Shown here piece after piece: positions 10,460-20,942 of a stretch of DNA of 64,000 nt (its first letter is position 1; each line of letters begins with the position of its first letter). The position numbers and the translations under genes were made by a program. The DNA is from Acidimicrobiia bacterium (lineage in GTDB: Bacteria; Actinomycetota; Acidimicrobiia; Spongiisociales; Spongiisociaceae). The stretch covers positions 15,734-79,733 of the forward strand of contig VXMP01000080.1 of the NCBI GenBank assembly GCA_009841075.1. The letters are read 5' to 3'. The notes below the pieces were generated by a model that was given only the letters and a program-made list of their open reading frames with translations, had not been told where the DNA came from and did no database searches.

Positions 10460-11247
10460 ACTCCGACCTGTTCCCCTTCGGTACACCATTCCCCGGGGCC
10501 GGCTTCACCGAGCTGATCAGGTCCCTGGACCTCGGCCCCGACTGGACCTTTGATGCTCAATCAGTACCGGCCGGCCTCCACACCCCCGATGCCACCACCG
10601 TCCTGGCCCTCCGATACGACGGCGGGGTGGTCATGGTGGGCGACCGCCAGGCCACGGCCGGCTACGACATCGCCCATCGCCACGTCCAAAAGGTTTACCC
10701 GGCCGACTCTTACTCCGCAGTGGCTATTTCGGGTACGGCCGGGCTGGGACGGGAGCTGATCCGGTTGTTTAAAACCGAGCTGGAACATTACGAAAAACTG
10801 GAGGGAGTGCGCCTCAGCCTGGATGGGAAGGCCACCTACCTGGCTCGAATGGTTCGCTCGCAACTACCGCTGGCCCTGCAGGGTTTCGTGGTGGTTCCGC
10901 TGTTCTGCGGGATCGAACCGGAACTTGAAACCAGCCATGTGTTCACCTTCGATGCGATCGGAGGCCGCTACGAGGAACAGGATTTCGGCGCGGCCGGATC
11001 AGGCAGTCGGGAAGCCCGCTCCTATCTGAGAACGGTTTACCACCCCGACTGCGACCAGACCCAGGCGATCAACCACAGCGTGGCCGCCCTGGTAGCCGCC
11101 GCCGGACAGGATCTGGCCACCGGCGGACCTGATCTAAGGCGCGGTATCTATCCCAACGTGTTCACTGTCAGCGCCGCCGGCGTGCAGGAAACCGACCCCG
11201 AAATAATCCGGGCGGCCGCCGAGGTGGCTCTGGAGGTAACCCGATGA
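10456..11247 (+). CDS. prcB: 20S proteasome beta subunit
   Basis: A propeptide is followed by the active-site Thr (ATTVLALRYDGGVVMVGD). The GTG start overlaps the pup stop. Confidence 0.95.
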   Translation: MNSDLFPFGTPFPGAGFTELIRSLDLGPDWTFDAQSVPAGLHTPDATTVLALRYDGGVVMVGDRQATAGYDIAHRHVQKVYPADSYSAVAISGTAGLGRELIRLFKTELEHYEKLEGVRLSLDGKATYLARMVRSQLPLALQGFVVVPLFCGIEPELETSHVFTFDAIGGRYEEQDFGAAGSGSREARSYLRTVYHPDCDQTQAINHSVAALVAAAGQDLATGGPDLRRGIYPNVFTVSAAGVQETDPEIIRAAAEVALEVTR

Positions 11248-11951
11248 CCGTCCCGTTCTACGTTGCTCCCGAACAGCTGGTCAAAGACCGGGCCGAGTAT
11301 GCCCGGAAGGGGATAGCCCGGGGTCGATCCATCGTCGCTATGGAGGTCCGGGAAGGGGTGCTTTTGCTGGCGGAAAACCCCAGCCGAACCCTCACCAAAA
11401 TATCGGAAATCTATGATCGGATCGCCTTCGCCGGGGTGGGCAAGTACAACGAGTTCGAATCCCTGCGGGTAGCCGGTATCCGCTACGCCGACATCAAGGG
11501 ATACCAGTACGGACGCCGGGATGTCACCGCCAAAAGCCTGGCCTCGGCCTTTTCCCAGACCCTGGGCAATATTTTCGTGCAGGGACCCAAGCCGTTCGAG
11601 GTGGAGGTGCTGGTTGCCGAGGTGGGTCCCACCATCAACGAAGATCGCCTCTTCAAGGTGACCTATGACGGCACCCTGTACGACAAGCGGGGATACACCG
11701 CCATCGGAGGCCAGGCGGATGAGCTATCCGAACAACTCGGCGAGCGATACCAGGAAACACCGGCTCTGGACGAAGCTCTCGACATGGCGGCCCAGGCCTT
11801 CCGACAGGTTGAGGAACGCGCTATCAGCGGCTGGGAGGCCGCTCTTCTGGAACGGGAAGGTCCCCCCCGACGGTTCCGGCGGTTAAGCAGTGACGACCTC
11901 GAGAGCATCGCCGACGGGGAAGAACCTTCAGAGAACGGAGCGGGGAAGTAA
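11244..11951 (+). CDS. prcA: 20S proteasome alpha subunit
   Basis: Contains [23 protein letters not shown] and [11 protein letters not shown]. It is coupled to prcB by an ATGA overlap. Confidence 0.95.
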   Translation: MTVPFYVAPEQLVKDRAEYARKGIARGRSIVAMEVREGVLLLAENPSRTLTKISEIYDRIAFAGVGKYNEFESLRVAGIRYADIKGYQYGRRDVTAKSLASAFSQTLGNIFVQGPKPFEVEVLVAEVGPTINEDRLFKVTYDGTLYDKRGYTAIGGQADELSEQLGERYQETPALDEALDMAAQAFRQVEERAISGWEAALLEREGPPRRFRRLSSDDLESIADGEEPSENGAGK

Positions 11952-11964
11952 TCGGGCCGTTGAC

Positions 11965-13308
11965 ATGAAGAGGCGCATCTTCGGCCTCGAAAACGAATAC
12001 GGCATCACCTGCACCCTGCATGGCCGACGCCGCCTCAGTCCCGACGAGGTGGCCCGCATATTGTTCCGCGAGGTGGTGACCTGGGGCCGCTCCTCGAACG
12101 TTTTTCTGGAAAACGGGGCTCGGCTCTATCTGGACGTGGGCAGCCATCCGGAGTACGCCACCCCGGAATGCACCGACCTACACGATCTGGTCGCCCACGA
12201 CAAGGCCGGGGAACGCATCATCGAAGATTTGCAGCGCTCCGCCGAGATCCGACTCCATAAGGAAGGCATCAAAGGAAACATCTTCCTCTACAAAAACAAC
12301 ACCGACTCGGCGGGCAACTCCTATGGCTGCCACGAGAACTATCTGGTCCGCCGTAAGGTGGATTTCCAAAATATGCTGGACATCCTCATCCCATTCCTGG
12401 TCAGCAGGCAGATTTTCACCGGAGCGGGGAAGCTTCAACAGACCTCCAAGGGAACCAAATATTCCATTTCGCAGCGGGCCAACCACATCTGGGAGGGGGT
12501 CTCGTCGGCCACCACCCGGTCCCGCCCCATCATCAACACCCGCGATGAGCCCCATGCCGATGCCGAGCAATACCGTCGACTTCACGTCATCGCCGGCGAC
12601 TCCAACATGAACGAATACGCCACCTTCGTCAAGGTGGGCGTCACCGCGGCCTTGTTGGAGATGATCGAATCGGGCGTGATATTTCGCGACCGTACCCTGG
12701 CCAACCCGATCCGGGCCATCCGAGAAATCAGTTCCGACCCGACCTGTAAGAGGCTGGTAGAGCTGGCCAACGGCCGCAGGCTGTCGGCCTTGGACATCCA
12801 GTGGGAATACTGGGAACAGACCACCAAATACGCCGGGTTTTCGGCACCGATCCAGCAGGCGGTTGATCTATGGGGAGAGCTCCTCACCGGTCTGGAAAAG
12901 GACCCGTTAGGCCTGGACAGAAGGGTGGATTGGGTAACCAAACAGCAGCTGATCGAGCGATACCGCGCCAAACACGGGCTGGCTTTATCCGATGCGAAGG
13001 TGCAGCTGCTGGACTTGAGCTATCACGACGTGACCAAGTCTCGTAGCCTCTACTACCTGCTGCTCAGCCGAGGAGTAGTGGATCGCCTGGTTCCCGAAGT
13101 AGACGTGGCCAAAGCCAAAAAGAACCCGCCTCAAACCCGCGCCCTTCTCAGGGGACGCTTTATAGCCGCTGCCAAGGCCAAGAACCGTGACTACCAGGCG
13201 GACTGGGTTCATCTGAAGCTCAACGATCAGGCGCAACGCACCGTGATATGTAAAGACCCTTTCAAATACGAGGACGACCGGGTAGAGCAGCTGATCGCCG
13301 GCTTATAG
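11965..13308 (+). CDS. pafA: Pup-protein ligase
   Basis: [13 protein letters not shown] from the ATG at 11965. The track ORF starts at 11890, inside prcA. Confidence 0.95.
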   Translation: MKRRIFGLENEYGITCTLHGRRRLSPDEVARILFREVVTWGRSSNVFLENGARLYLDVGSHPEYATPECTDLHDLVAHDKAGERIIEDLQRSAEIRLHKEGIKGNIFLYKNNTDSAGNSYGCHENYLVRRKVDFQNMLDILIPFLVSRQIFTGAGKLQQTSKGTKYSISQRANHIWEGVSSATTRSRPIINTRDEPHADAEQYRRLHVIAGDSNMNEYATFVKVGVTAALLEMIESGVIFRDRTLANPIRAIREISSDPTCKRLVELANGRRLSALDIQWEYWEQTTKYAGFSAPIQQAVDLWGELLTGLEKDPLGLDRRVDWVTKQQLIERYRAKHGLALSDAKVQLLDLSYHDVTKSRSLYYLLLSRGVVDRLVPEVDVAKAKKNPPQTRALLRGRFIAAAKAKNRDYQADWVHLKLNDQAQRTVICKDPFKYEDDRVEQLIAGL

Positions 13309-13334
13309 ACCCACCGTCTAGGATTTACAGGACG

Positions 13335-14261
13335 ATGAGCCGCCCCCTAGAACGCCTAATCAACCTGTTGGCCTATCTGGTGGATTCGCCTAGTCCGGTG
13401 ACCTCGGAACAGATCCGACAGACCATCCCCGGATATGATGATCTGTCGGACAGCGCCTTCCACAAAAAGTTTGAACGGGACAAGGCCAGTTTGAGGAAGC
13501 TGGGTTTCAACCTGACCTTGGTGCCCACCGACATCTGGAAGGTGGAGTTCGGTTATGTGATACCGGACGAAAACTTCCTTTCCATCGACCTCACCGAGGA
13601 GGAGCGCTCTGCACTGGCCTTGGCGGTACATATGGTCCGATCCGGGGGATGGCCGGCCGGGGCCATGCCCCTGCTGAAACTGGGAGGGGCACGGGTGGCC
13701 GATCCCAATCTTCCGGTGGGATACAGCCTGGGCCTGGACAGCGATTATCCGGCCCTGATCTTCCAGGCCATACTGGAACGAAGAGTTTTGAGCTTCAGCT
13801 ATCGGGGACATGATCGGGAATTATGCCCCTACGCCATGCGACACCTGCGCGGTAACTGGTATTTCGCCGGGGCGGAACCCGGTGAACCGGACCAGGTCCG
13901 AACCTATCGGATGGATCGGGCCGAAGGATTCAAACTCCATACCAAACAGCAGGCCTTCAAACCCCCGAAGGGATACCGGGCTCAGGACGTCCTCTCCTCA
14001 ATGCCCTGGGAAGATCCGGTTGCCAGACAGGCCCTGATCCGATGCCACACCCGACTGGCATGGTGGGTTAAGGACCGGTTCCCGGGAACGACCGCGGTGA
14101 AGTATGGTTCCGACCCGGATTGGACCACCCTGGAGGTTCCCTATACCAACTCCGGACTACTGCTTGACCGGTTGATCGACCTGGACGATATGGCGGTAAT
14201 ACTTGAGCCGGCCGATCTCCGGGCCGAAATGATCGATCGATTGAAGGCCCTCGTGGTATGA
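13335..14261 (+). CDS. pafB: HTH/WYL-domain transcriptional regulator PafB
   Basis: Has an N-terminal wHTH and a WYL-type domain (NWYFAG). It is the first of two tandem paralogues after pafA. Confidence 0.85.
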   Translation: MSRPLERLINLLAYLVDSPSPVTSEQIRQTIPGYDDLSDSAFHKKFERDKASLRKLGFNLTLVPTDIWKVEFGYVIPDENFLSIDLTEEERSALALAVHMVRSGGWPAGAMPLLKLGGARVADPNLPVGYSLGLDSDYPALIFQAILERRVLSFSYRGHDRELCPYAMRHLRGNWYFAGAEPGEPDQVRTYRMDRAEGFKLHTKQQAFKPPKGYRAQDVLSSMPWEDPVARQALIRCHTRLAWWVKDRFPGTTAVKYGSDPDWTTLEVPYTNSGLLLDRLIDLDDMAVILEPADLRAEMIDRLKALVV

Positions 14262-15196
14262 CCCTTTCCAAAACCGAACAGAGGCTGAACCGGATCCTGG
14301 GGTTGGTGCCCTGGGTTCTGGCCAACCCCTATCCCAAGGTCGACGAAGTCATTGAGCGTTTCGGTTACTCCGGCCGCAAGGAATTGGCCAAAGACCTGAA
14401 CGTGCTGATGGTCTGTGGTGTACCCGGATATTTTCCCGATGACCTGACGTTTGCCCAAATAAAAGACGACGAGGTGGTCTTGGATTTGGCCGACTATCTG
14501 TCTCGTCCGTTGAAGCTCACCCCTTCCGAAGCCCTGGGGCTGCTCAGCGCCGCCCTGGCCGTGGCCGGTACCTCGGAGGGAAACGAAGCCCTGGACCGGG
14601 CGATCGGCAAGCTCACCAACTCCCTGATGCCGGATGCGGAGCCTCCGGTAGCCGCCGAACTTCCCCGAGAACCGGAATGCCTGTCGACCTTGCGCCAGGC
14701 GGCCGGTGAGGGACAGGTTCTCGAAATAACCTACGTTTCGACCAACATCAACCGAACCACGATTCGGGACATCGAACCGATTTCGGTACACGTCTCCATA
14801 GGCAACTGGTATCTGCATGCGTTTTGCCGACGGGCCAACGATCACCGGACATTTCGGGTTGATCGGATCAGATCGGTCCGGGTCACAGATCAAAAATTTC
14901 AAACCCCATCCGAGCCGCCCGACTTCCGGTTTAAAGGCTATACCCCCTCGGCGGACGCCATCTACGCCCGACTGGCCCTCGGCAGGAAGGCGAGGTGGTT
15001 GACAGAGTATTACCCGGTGGATGTGCTGGAGGACACCGGTGAGGAGCTGATTGTCCGGATTGCCATGTCCGACGCCCGCATAGGTGCACGGCTTCTCCTC
15101 CGGCTGGGTAATCAGGCCCGTCTGGTGAAAGGGGAGGAGGTTAGAGAAGAAACCATCCGGCTTCAACAGGCCATCCTGTCCCGCTACAAGCAGTAG
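14258..15196 (+). CDS. pafC: HTH/WYL-domain transcriptional regulator PafC
   Basis: A paralogue of the preceding gene (NWYLHAFC). Its start overlaps the pafB stop. Confidence 0.85.
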   Translation: MTLSKTEQRLNRILGLVPWVLANPYPKVDEVIERFGYSGRKELAKDLNVLMVCGVPGYFPDDLTFAQIKDDEVVLDLADYLSRPLKLTPSEALGLLSAALAVAGTSEGNEALDRAIGKLTNSLMPDAEPPVAAELPREPECLSTLRQAAGEGQVLEITYVSTNINRTTIRDIEPISVHVSIGNWYLHAFCRRANDHRTFRVDRIRSVRVTDQKFQTPSEPPDFRFKGYTPSADAIYARLALGRKARWLTEYYPVDVLEDTGEELIVRIAMSDARIGARLLLRLGNQARLVKGEEVREETIRLQQAILSRYKQ

Positions 15197-15220
15197 ACCT
15201 TAAGCCGGTAGCATTGGCCC

Positions 15221-15763
15221 GTGTTCGAATCGCTGAGCGGCATGGAAATCCTCACTATTGCAGTGGTCGCCCTGATAGTGTTCGGCCCGCATCGCCTCCC
15301 CGAAATGGCCCGCACGGTCGGCAAATATCTACGAGAGCTCCGTGGTGCGGTTCGGGACCTCCGGGAAGGAATCGAACGAGAGGTCGCCCCGATAAGGGAA
15401 CCCATCACGGAGATCAAAAAGGACCTGACCGGGCCGGTCGGGGACGTTAAGCGAACCCTGACCGAGACGGCCGATGCCGCCAAAACCGTGCAGAAGGACA
15501 TCGAAAGCTCGGTTAAAGACCTGGATCAGCCCGGTACCGACCCCTCCGAGGCCGCGCCCTCGGCCCGATGGATAGCACCTGAACCCTCGGTGGGGGTTTC
15601 GCCTGGTGAGGTCTGGGAGGGAATGAACGATCCCCTTCCCGAGCAGGTTATCCCGCCCCCGACCGAAGACACCCGTTCAGAGACTTCACCGGAAGACCAA
15701 GACCGATCGGCGGATTCTGGCGAAGAGGACGGTACCGCCGGTCGGGCCAAGCAATCAGAATGA
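15221..15763 (+). CDS. tatA: twin-arginine translocase TatA/TatB-family subunit
   Basis: Contains ILTIAVVALIVFGPHRLPEMAR, a TM segment plus an amphipathic helix. The long acidic tail (180 aa total) is TatB-like in length. Confidence 0.8.
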   Translation: MFESLSGMEILTIAVVALIVFGPHRLPEMARTVGKYLRELRGAVRDLREGIEREVAPIREPITEIKKDLTGPVGDVKRTLTETADAAKTVQKDIESSVKDLDQPGTDPSEAAPSARWIAPEPSVGVSPGEVWEGMNDPLPEQVIPPPTEDTRSETSPEDQDRSADSGEEDGTAGRAKQSE

Positions 15764-16479
15764 CCGAAGGGAACGACCCCAGTAGCCAGCCCTTGATGGG
15801 GCATCTCGACGAGCTGCGGTCCCGCCTGATCAAAACCTTCATCGCCATTGGGGTCGGCACCGTGATCGCGTTCTTCTTCCGCAACCAGATGCTCGCCCTG
15901 CTTCAGGATTCCTACAGCAACACCGCCGGGCGGAGTCTGGTGGTCACCGGCCCTACCGACCAATTCTCGATCGCCATGCGGATGTCGATCTTCGGCGGAT
16001 CGGTCCTGGCCAGCCCGGTCATCGCCTATCAGGCCTGGTCCTTCATCAACCCGGGCCTGACCAACCGGGAACGAAGGTGGGCCATCCCGGTGGTGGCCGC
16101 CCTGGTGACCCTGTTTTCGGTCGGGGTGGCCTTCGCCTATTGGAGCCTGCCCCGGGCGGTAGATTTTCTGGTTTCGATCTTCTCCGATCTGGAGAACCTG
16201 TGGACGGTCGAGCTGTACACCCGCTTCGTCATCCGCTTCCTGCTGCTGTTCGGCATCTCCTTCCAGTTTCCGGTGTTCATTTTCGGGGCGGCGGCGGCCG
16301 GGGTGGTCACCTCCGCCCGTTTGGCCGCCGGGCGGCGCTGGGCGGTGGTAATTATTGTGGTGGTAGGGGCGGTGGTCAGCCCTACCGGAGATCCGGTCAC
16401 CCTCATCCTGCTTTCCACCCCGCTCTATCTTCTCTACGAAGGAACCATCTGGCTGATCCGCCTGACCCTCAGGAAATGA
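15760..16479 (+). CDS. tatC: twin-arginine translocase subunit TatC
   Basis: Has six predicted TM segments and HLDELRSRLIK. It is coupled to tatA. Confidence 0.9.
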   Translation: MTEGNDPSSQPLMGHLDELRSRLIKTFIAIGVGTVIAFFFRNQMLALLQDSYSNTAGRSLVVTGPTDQFSIAMRMSIFGGSVLASPVIAYQAWSFINPGLTNRERRWAIPVVAALVTLFSVGVAFAYWSLPRAVDFLVSIFSDLENLWTVELYTRFVIRFLLLFGISFQFPVFIFGAAAAGVVTSARLAAGRRWAVVIIVVVGAVVSPTGDPVTLILLSTPLYLLYEGTIWLIRLTLRK

Positions 16480-18512
16480 AGGTTCATTCCTTCTTTGATT
16501 CTCTCCCTTTCCGACCGGACCCCTTTCAGGTGCAGGCGGCCGAAATGGTGGAAATGGGCCGGTCGGTGGTGGTTACCGCCCCTACCGGCACCGGTAAGAC
16601 CCTGATCGCCGAGGCGGTTATCCACCTGAGCCTGTCCAACGCCAAACGGGTGTTCTACACCACCCCGTTGAAAGCCCTTTCCAACCAGAAGTTCCGGGAT
16701 TTCGGGCAGATCTACGGGACCGGGCGGGTCGGGTTGCTCACCGGTGACAACACCATCAACCATGACGCCCCGATCGTGGTAATGACCACCGAGGTGCTTC
16801 GCAACATGATCTACACCGGCACCGACCTAACCGCCGTGGATGCGGTCATACTCGACGAGGTCCACTACCTGCAGGATCGTTTCCGGGGGGCGGTCTGGGA
16901 GGAGGTGATCATTCACGCCCCACCCCATATCCGGCTGGTTTGTCTGTCGGCCACCGTCTCCAACGCCGAGGAGTTCACCGGCTGGCTCCGTACCCGTAGA
17001 GGACCCACCGAATTGATTATCGAGGATCGGCGTCCGGTACGTCTGGAACGATGGTGGTCGGTGTGGGACCGTTTCGAACGCGATATCCACCTACTCCCGC
17101 TCTACATCGAGACGCCCGCCGGGATGAAGCCGAACCCGGCCATTACCCGACTCCTGGCCAGGCGAAGCGGACGGAGACGCCGATTTTCCGTCCCGAATCG
17201 GGTGGCGGTGGTCGAACATCTGGCCTTCCTCGACCTGCTTCCGGCTATCTACTTCGTATTCTCCCGCGTCGGGTGCGACGACGCCGCCGACCGAGTAGTG
17301 TCGTCCGGCAGCCGACTAACCGACGATGACGAACGGGCGGAAATCCGCCGTCGGGCCCAGGAGGGCACCAACCATATCCAGGACGCCGACCTAGGGGCCC
17401 TGGGCTACGACCGCTGGCTGTCTCGGCTGGAGAAGGGGGTGGCCTCCCACCATGCCGGGCTGGTACCGGCTTTCAAAGAGGTCACCGAACAGCTGTTCTG
17501 TGACGGTCTGGTCAAGCTGGTGTTCGCCACCGAAACCCTGTCGCTGGGGATCAACATGCCGGCCCGAACCGTGGTCATCGATCGGCTTTCCAAGTTCACC
17601 GGGGAAGGCCATGAGCTGCTGCTGCCGGGCGAGTTCACCCAGCTGACCGGACGGGCGGGACGGCGGGGGATAGATACGGTCGGTCACGGGGTGGTACTGC
17701 ACTCTCCCTATGTTCCGTTTGAGCGGATCGCCTCCATCGCCCAACTCGGTAGCCACCCGCTCCGCTCCAGTTTTCGTCCCACCTACAACATGCTGGTCAA
17801 TCTGGTAGCCAATTACTCCAGGCAACAAGCCGAACGGCTTCTCTCCGCTTCTTTCGCCGCCTTCCAGGACCGACGGGCAAACCGGCCCCGTCCCAAAAAG
17901 CAGAAGCGCTCTTCCCGTTCCGGCGGTAGCCCCCTGTTGGACCGTTTTCATCGGTCACGGCGTCTCCTGGAAGAACTCGGCTATCTGAAGGATTGGAAGC
18001 TCGAACCCAAAGGTGAGGCGCTGCGGGTGGTTTACAGCGACCTCGACCTGCTGCTGGTCGAGGCGATAGGTTACCGGATTTTCGGAGGACTGGAGGTGCA
18101 GGAGCTGGCCGCCCTGCTTTCCACCTTCGCCTTCGAGCCCCGTCGCGACGAGGACGAGTTCGAGGGTTGGCCCACCGAGCGGCTGGAGAGGGCCTGGGAG
18201 GGCCTGGGTCATCTGGCCGAAGAGGTTTTTCACGCCGAGGAAAGTCACCGGCTGCCGTTGTCCCGCTCACCCCATCCCGGGTTTGCCCGGCTCGCCTACG
18301 ACTGGGCGGGCGGGGTCGACCTGGACGAGCTGATGGAAGACAACCCTCTGGAGGCGGGTGATTTCGTCCGCACCACCCGAACCGTTTTGGATCTTATACG
18401 TCAGGTCGGTGACGCAGCCCGGGTACTGGATATCGAAGATCTTGAGCAGACGGTAAGGGAGGGGAGAAAGGTCATCGACAGGGGAGTGGTGGCGGCTCGG
18501 GGCCTGGCATGA
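16476..18512 (+). CDS. helY: Ski2-like DEAD/DEAH-box helicase HelY
   Basis: MKVHSFFD.. from the ATG at 16476, which overlaps the tatC stop. Contains APTGTGKT, ILDEVHY, SAT and HHAGL. The upstream 133 codons of the track ORF are stop-free read-through inside tatC. Confidence 0.9.
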   Translation: MKVHSFFDSLPFRPDPFQVQAAEMVEMGRSVVVTAPTGTGKTLIAEAVIHLSLSNAKRVFYTTPLKALSNQKFRDFGQIYGTGRVGLLTGDNTINHDAPIVVMTTEVLRNMIYTGTDLTAVDAVILDEVHYLQDRFRGAVWEEVIIHAPPHIRLVCLSATVSNAEEFTGWLRTRRGPTELIIEDRRPVRLERWWSVWDRFERDIHLLPLYIETPAGMKPNPAITRLLARRSGRRRRFSVPNRVAVVEHLAFLDLLPAIYFVFSRVGCDDAADRVVSSGSRLTDDDERAEIRRRAQEGTNHIQDADLGALGYDRWLSRLEKGVASHHAGLVPAFKEVTEQLFCDGLVKLVFATETLSLGINMPARTVVIDRLSKFTGEGHELLLPGEFTQLTGRAGRRGIDTVGHGVVLHSPYVPFERIASIAQLGSHPLRSSFRPTYNMLVNLVANYSRQQAERLLSASFAAFQDRRANRPRPKKQKRSSRSGGSPLLDRFHRSRRLLEELGYLKDWKLEPKGEALRVVYSDLDLLLVEAIGYRIFGGLEVQELAALLSTFAFEPRRDEDEFEGWPTERLERAWEGLGHLAEEVFHAEESHRLPLSRSPHPGFARLAYDWAGGVDLDELMEDNPLEAGDFVRTTRTVLDLIRQVGDAARVLDIEDLEQTVREGRKVIDRGVVAARGLA

Positions 18513-19393
18513 ACCCGTGGCAGGTTCTGGTTAACCCGAGGGCCGCCCGGGGCCGATCGGCACCGGCCAAAATCGAAGCCGCTCTCGAAGCCCGATCCCT
18601 ACCTGCCGAGGTGGTGGTGGTAGATGGACGGGCCATGCTCCAAAGCACTATCCGAGCCGCTGCCACCGCCGGTCGCCACCGGCTGGTAGCCGCCGGAGGA
18701 GACGGTACCGTAAACCTGGTTGTCAACGAGATCATGGCCCAGAGTTGGGAAACCCCTCCTCTATTAGGCATTATCCCGGCCGGTAGCGGATGTGACCTAC
18801 TTCGCACCTTCGGGATCGGCCCGGACATCCACCGGGCAGTGGATCGACTGGTCGAAGGATCTCCCTATTCGGTCGATGTGGGACTGGCCATCGGAGAGTG
18901 GGGGAGAAGATACTTCTTCAACGTGGCAAGCGTGGGTGCTACCGCCTCCACCGCCCAAGCCGCGTTGCGTTTACCGGGTCGGCTCGGACCCTTGCGCTAT
19001 GTGACGGCGGTAGCCGTATCCTTCCCAGGCTGGCGACACCGTCAGGTGCAGGTCGAGGCCGGACAAAGGCGGTTCACAGGAAGTGCATTGACTGTGGTTG
19101 CCGCCAATGCCCAGTTCTTCGGGGGAGGTTTCAACGTCGCCCCGCGGGCCTCCATGGTGGACGGCCTGCTTGACGTACAGATTTTCACCTGCTCGAAAAA
19201 ACAGGTTGCCGCCCTGATGAGAAAGGTGAAGGGCGGCAACCACCTGGCCGACCCGGCGGTCAAAAGGCTGGTAGCTTCCGAAGCCCGGATCGAAACCGAT
19301 CAGCCCTGGCCGGTCGAGGTCGACGGAGAACCGATCGGGCAAACCCCTCTCCTGGTGCGACTGGGGGAAGGCCGGATAAACCTGATGGTATAA
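18509..19393 (+). CDS. diacylglycerol/lipid kinase family protein
   Basis: Contains the AAGGDGTVN motif and has the YegS/DagK catalytic-domain layout. Confidence 0.85.
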   Translation: MNPWQVLVNPRAARGRSAPAKIEAALEARSLPAEVVVVDGRAMLQSTIRAAATAGRHRLVAAGGDGTVNLVVNEIMAQSWETPPLLGIIPAGSGCDLLRTFGIGPDIHRAVDRLVEGSPYSVDVGLAIGEWGRRYFFNVASVGATASTAQAALRLPGRLGPLRYVTAVAVSFPGWRHRQVQVEAGQRRFTGSALTVVAANAQFFGGGFNVAPRASMVDGLLDVQIFTCSKKQVAALMRKVKGGNHLADPAVKRLVASEARIETDQPWPVEVDGEPIGQTPLLVRLGEGRINLMV

Positions 19394-19498
19394 ACCTGAC
19401 GAATCTCCCTCTTGCGATCAAATCCGGGGAAAGTCTTCGGATTTATGATGAAATGCGGTATATTCTCGCCGCGAATCAGACCCAGGGGGTAATTCGGA

Positions 19499-19903
19499 AT
19501 GGACAATCAATTACCAGACCAACTCGAAGAGGACGAAGACTTGGACTCCGAAGCACTGGCAGACCCGGACGACCTGGATGACGAACAAGTCGACCCGGAC
19601 GATGACGTAGACGCTGAAGAGGGGGAAGAAGAGGACGGCGAGGACGAGGAAAAGCGGGTTGACGGCATCTCCTTGGACGCCTTGGAAGTCGAAGAGCTGG
19701 ACGAGGTGGAAAAAACCGAATCCGCCACCATGCTGGTGGACGAGACCACCGAGATCAGAGAAATCCGCCGATCCGAAATGAACCTTGACATCGAAACCGA
19801 GGGGATGAAGGGCGACGAGTTCGTCTGTAGGTCGTGCTTCCTGCTGCTGAAGCGGGTGCAGCTGGCCGAAGGTCAGGATCAGATCTGTCGGGACTGCGCC
19901 TAA
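19499..19903 (+). CDS. DUF4193-family protein
   Basis: Has a highly acidic N-terminal half and a C-terminal Cys pair motif (CRSCFLLLKRVQLA..ICRDC). Confidence 0.7.
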   Translation: MDNQLPDQLEEDEDLDSEALADPDDLDDEQVDPDDDVDAEEGEEEDGEDEEKRVDGISLDALEVEELDEVEKTESATMLVDETTEIREIRRSEMNLDIETEGMKGDEFVCRSCFLLLKRVQLAEGQDQICRDCA

Positions 19904-19948
19904 GGAGGGTTGCGGCCGGCATCCCCATCTTTTTCGGGCACCCTCCTA
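19904..19948. repeat. GGAGGGTGC hairpin (short relative of the 29037-29138 inverted repeat)
   Basis: AGGAGGGTTGC and GCACCCTCCT arms flank a 24-nt loop. The right half (TCCCCATCTTTTTCGGGCACCCTCCTA) is near-identical to 29113-29140. Confidence 0.6.
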
Positions 19949-19985
19949 ATTTGCTAACCAAGCGGGGTGGCTAGCCTTCCCGTAG

Positions 19986-20519
19986 ATGTCCATTTCCGTT
20001 ACCGCCCGGCTCGCCACCTCCGAGGATATGTTCTTTTTGACCGACCTCTACCGCAAGCTGGAGGCCGAGATGTCGGCTATCCACCCCATGTGGCCTCGGG
20101 CGGACGGTTTGGACGAACCGATCGAGGCAGCATTCCTGACCTGCATCGAAGACCCGGATTCTCTGCTCCTGCTCGGCGAGATCGAGGGCTACCCGCTCGG
20201 TTTCATCCTCGGCCGCTCCCGACCGCTGTTGGCCCACGAACCCGGGGTACGGGTGGGTGCGATACAGATGGTTTTCGTCGAGCTCGAGGCCCGCGAAGTG
20301 GGGGTAGGGGAGGTTATGAGGGACACGTTGATGAAGGATTTCCGCCGTACCGGCCACAGCCTTTTCGATTCCCATGTGCTGCCAGGCCATCGTTTGGCCA
20401 AGAACTTTTTCGAGGCGGGAGGGTTCGCGGCCCGTTCCATCATTATGCATCACAGCGACACGGAGGGCGGGGGAAGGCGGATTCGGGCCCTCTACCAACC
20501 GCCGCCCGGCTCGGAATAA
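19986..20519 (+). CDS. GNAT-family N-acetyltransferase
   Basis: 177 aa with the acetyl-CoA-binding-region pattern (VELEAREVGVGEVM). Confidence 0.7.
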   Translation: MSISVTARLATSEDMFFLTDLYRKLEAEMSAIHPMWPRADGLDEPIEAAFLTCIEDPDSLLLLGEIEGYPLGFILGRSRPLLAHEPGVRVGAIQMVFVELEAREVGVGEVMRDTLMKDFRRTGHSLFDSHVLPGHRLAKNFFEAGGFAARSIIMHHSDTEGGGRRIRALYQPPPGSE

Positions 20520-20927
20520 ATGGCTTCCGATGCCTCACCCATGGTGGGGGTGGGGGTGGTGGTTATCCAGGAGGGCCGGATGCTGCTGGTGGAGCGGGGA
20601 AGAGGAGTCGGCACCGGATTATGGGCGGTTCCCGGCGGCAAGGTCCGTTACGGGGAGCGTCTAACCGAGGCCGCTATCCGTGAGGTCAAGGAGGAAACCG
20701 GCCTGGAGGTGGTGCTGGGAAAGGTGATATGGGCGGGAGAGGCCTTGGACCCTTCACTGCCACCGCAACATCATGTGGTGATAATCGACTACACCGGTCG
20801 GGTAGTGGGCGGGGAGTTGGCCGCCGGCGACGACGCCGCCCGGGTCGAGTTTGTCCCCATAGAGGACCTACGCTCCCGGCCACTCACCCCTACCATGTTT
20901 GATCTGCTGGATAAGCTGGGAATTTAA
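20520..20927 (+). CDS. NUDIX hydrolase
   Basis: Contains the Nudix box GGKVRYGERLTEAAIREVKEETGL. Confidence 0.9.
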   Translation: MASDASPMVGVGVVVIQEGRMLLVERGRGVGTGLWAVPGGKVRYGERLTEAAIREVKEETGLEVVLGKVIWAGEALDPSLPPQHHVVIIDYTGRVVGGELAAGDDAARVEFVPIEDLRSRPLTPTMFDLLDKLGI

Positions 20928-20942
20928 GCAGTCCGCAGTTGA

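Noticed and set aside
14141-15166. 341-aa minus-strand ORF
   Set aside because: It is antisense to pafC, has no recognisable motif, and has the typical composition of a high-GC shadow frame.
16077-16475. 133-codon N-terminal extension of the helY ORF
   Set aside because: It is a stop-free read-through inside tatC with Arg/Gly/Pro-rich text. The helicase homology starts at the ATG at 16476, which overlaps the tatC stop.
19499-19700. GAC/GAA/GAG-rich low-complexity DNA
   Set aside because: It is the coding sequence for the acidic N-terminal tail of the DUF4193 protein. It is in frame and not a tandem DNA repeat with a fixed unit.
19967-20683. 238-aa plus-strand ORF rich in Arg/Gly/Pro
   Set aside because: It overlaps the GNAT and NUDIX genes in another frame and has no motifs. 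The GNAT and NUDIX frames carry real family signatures.
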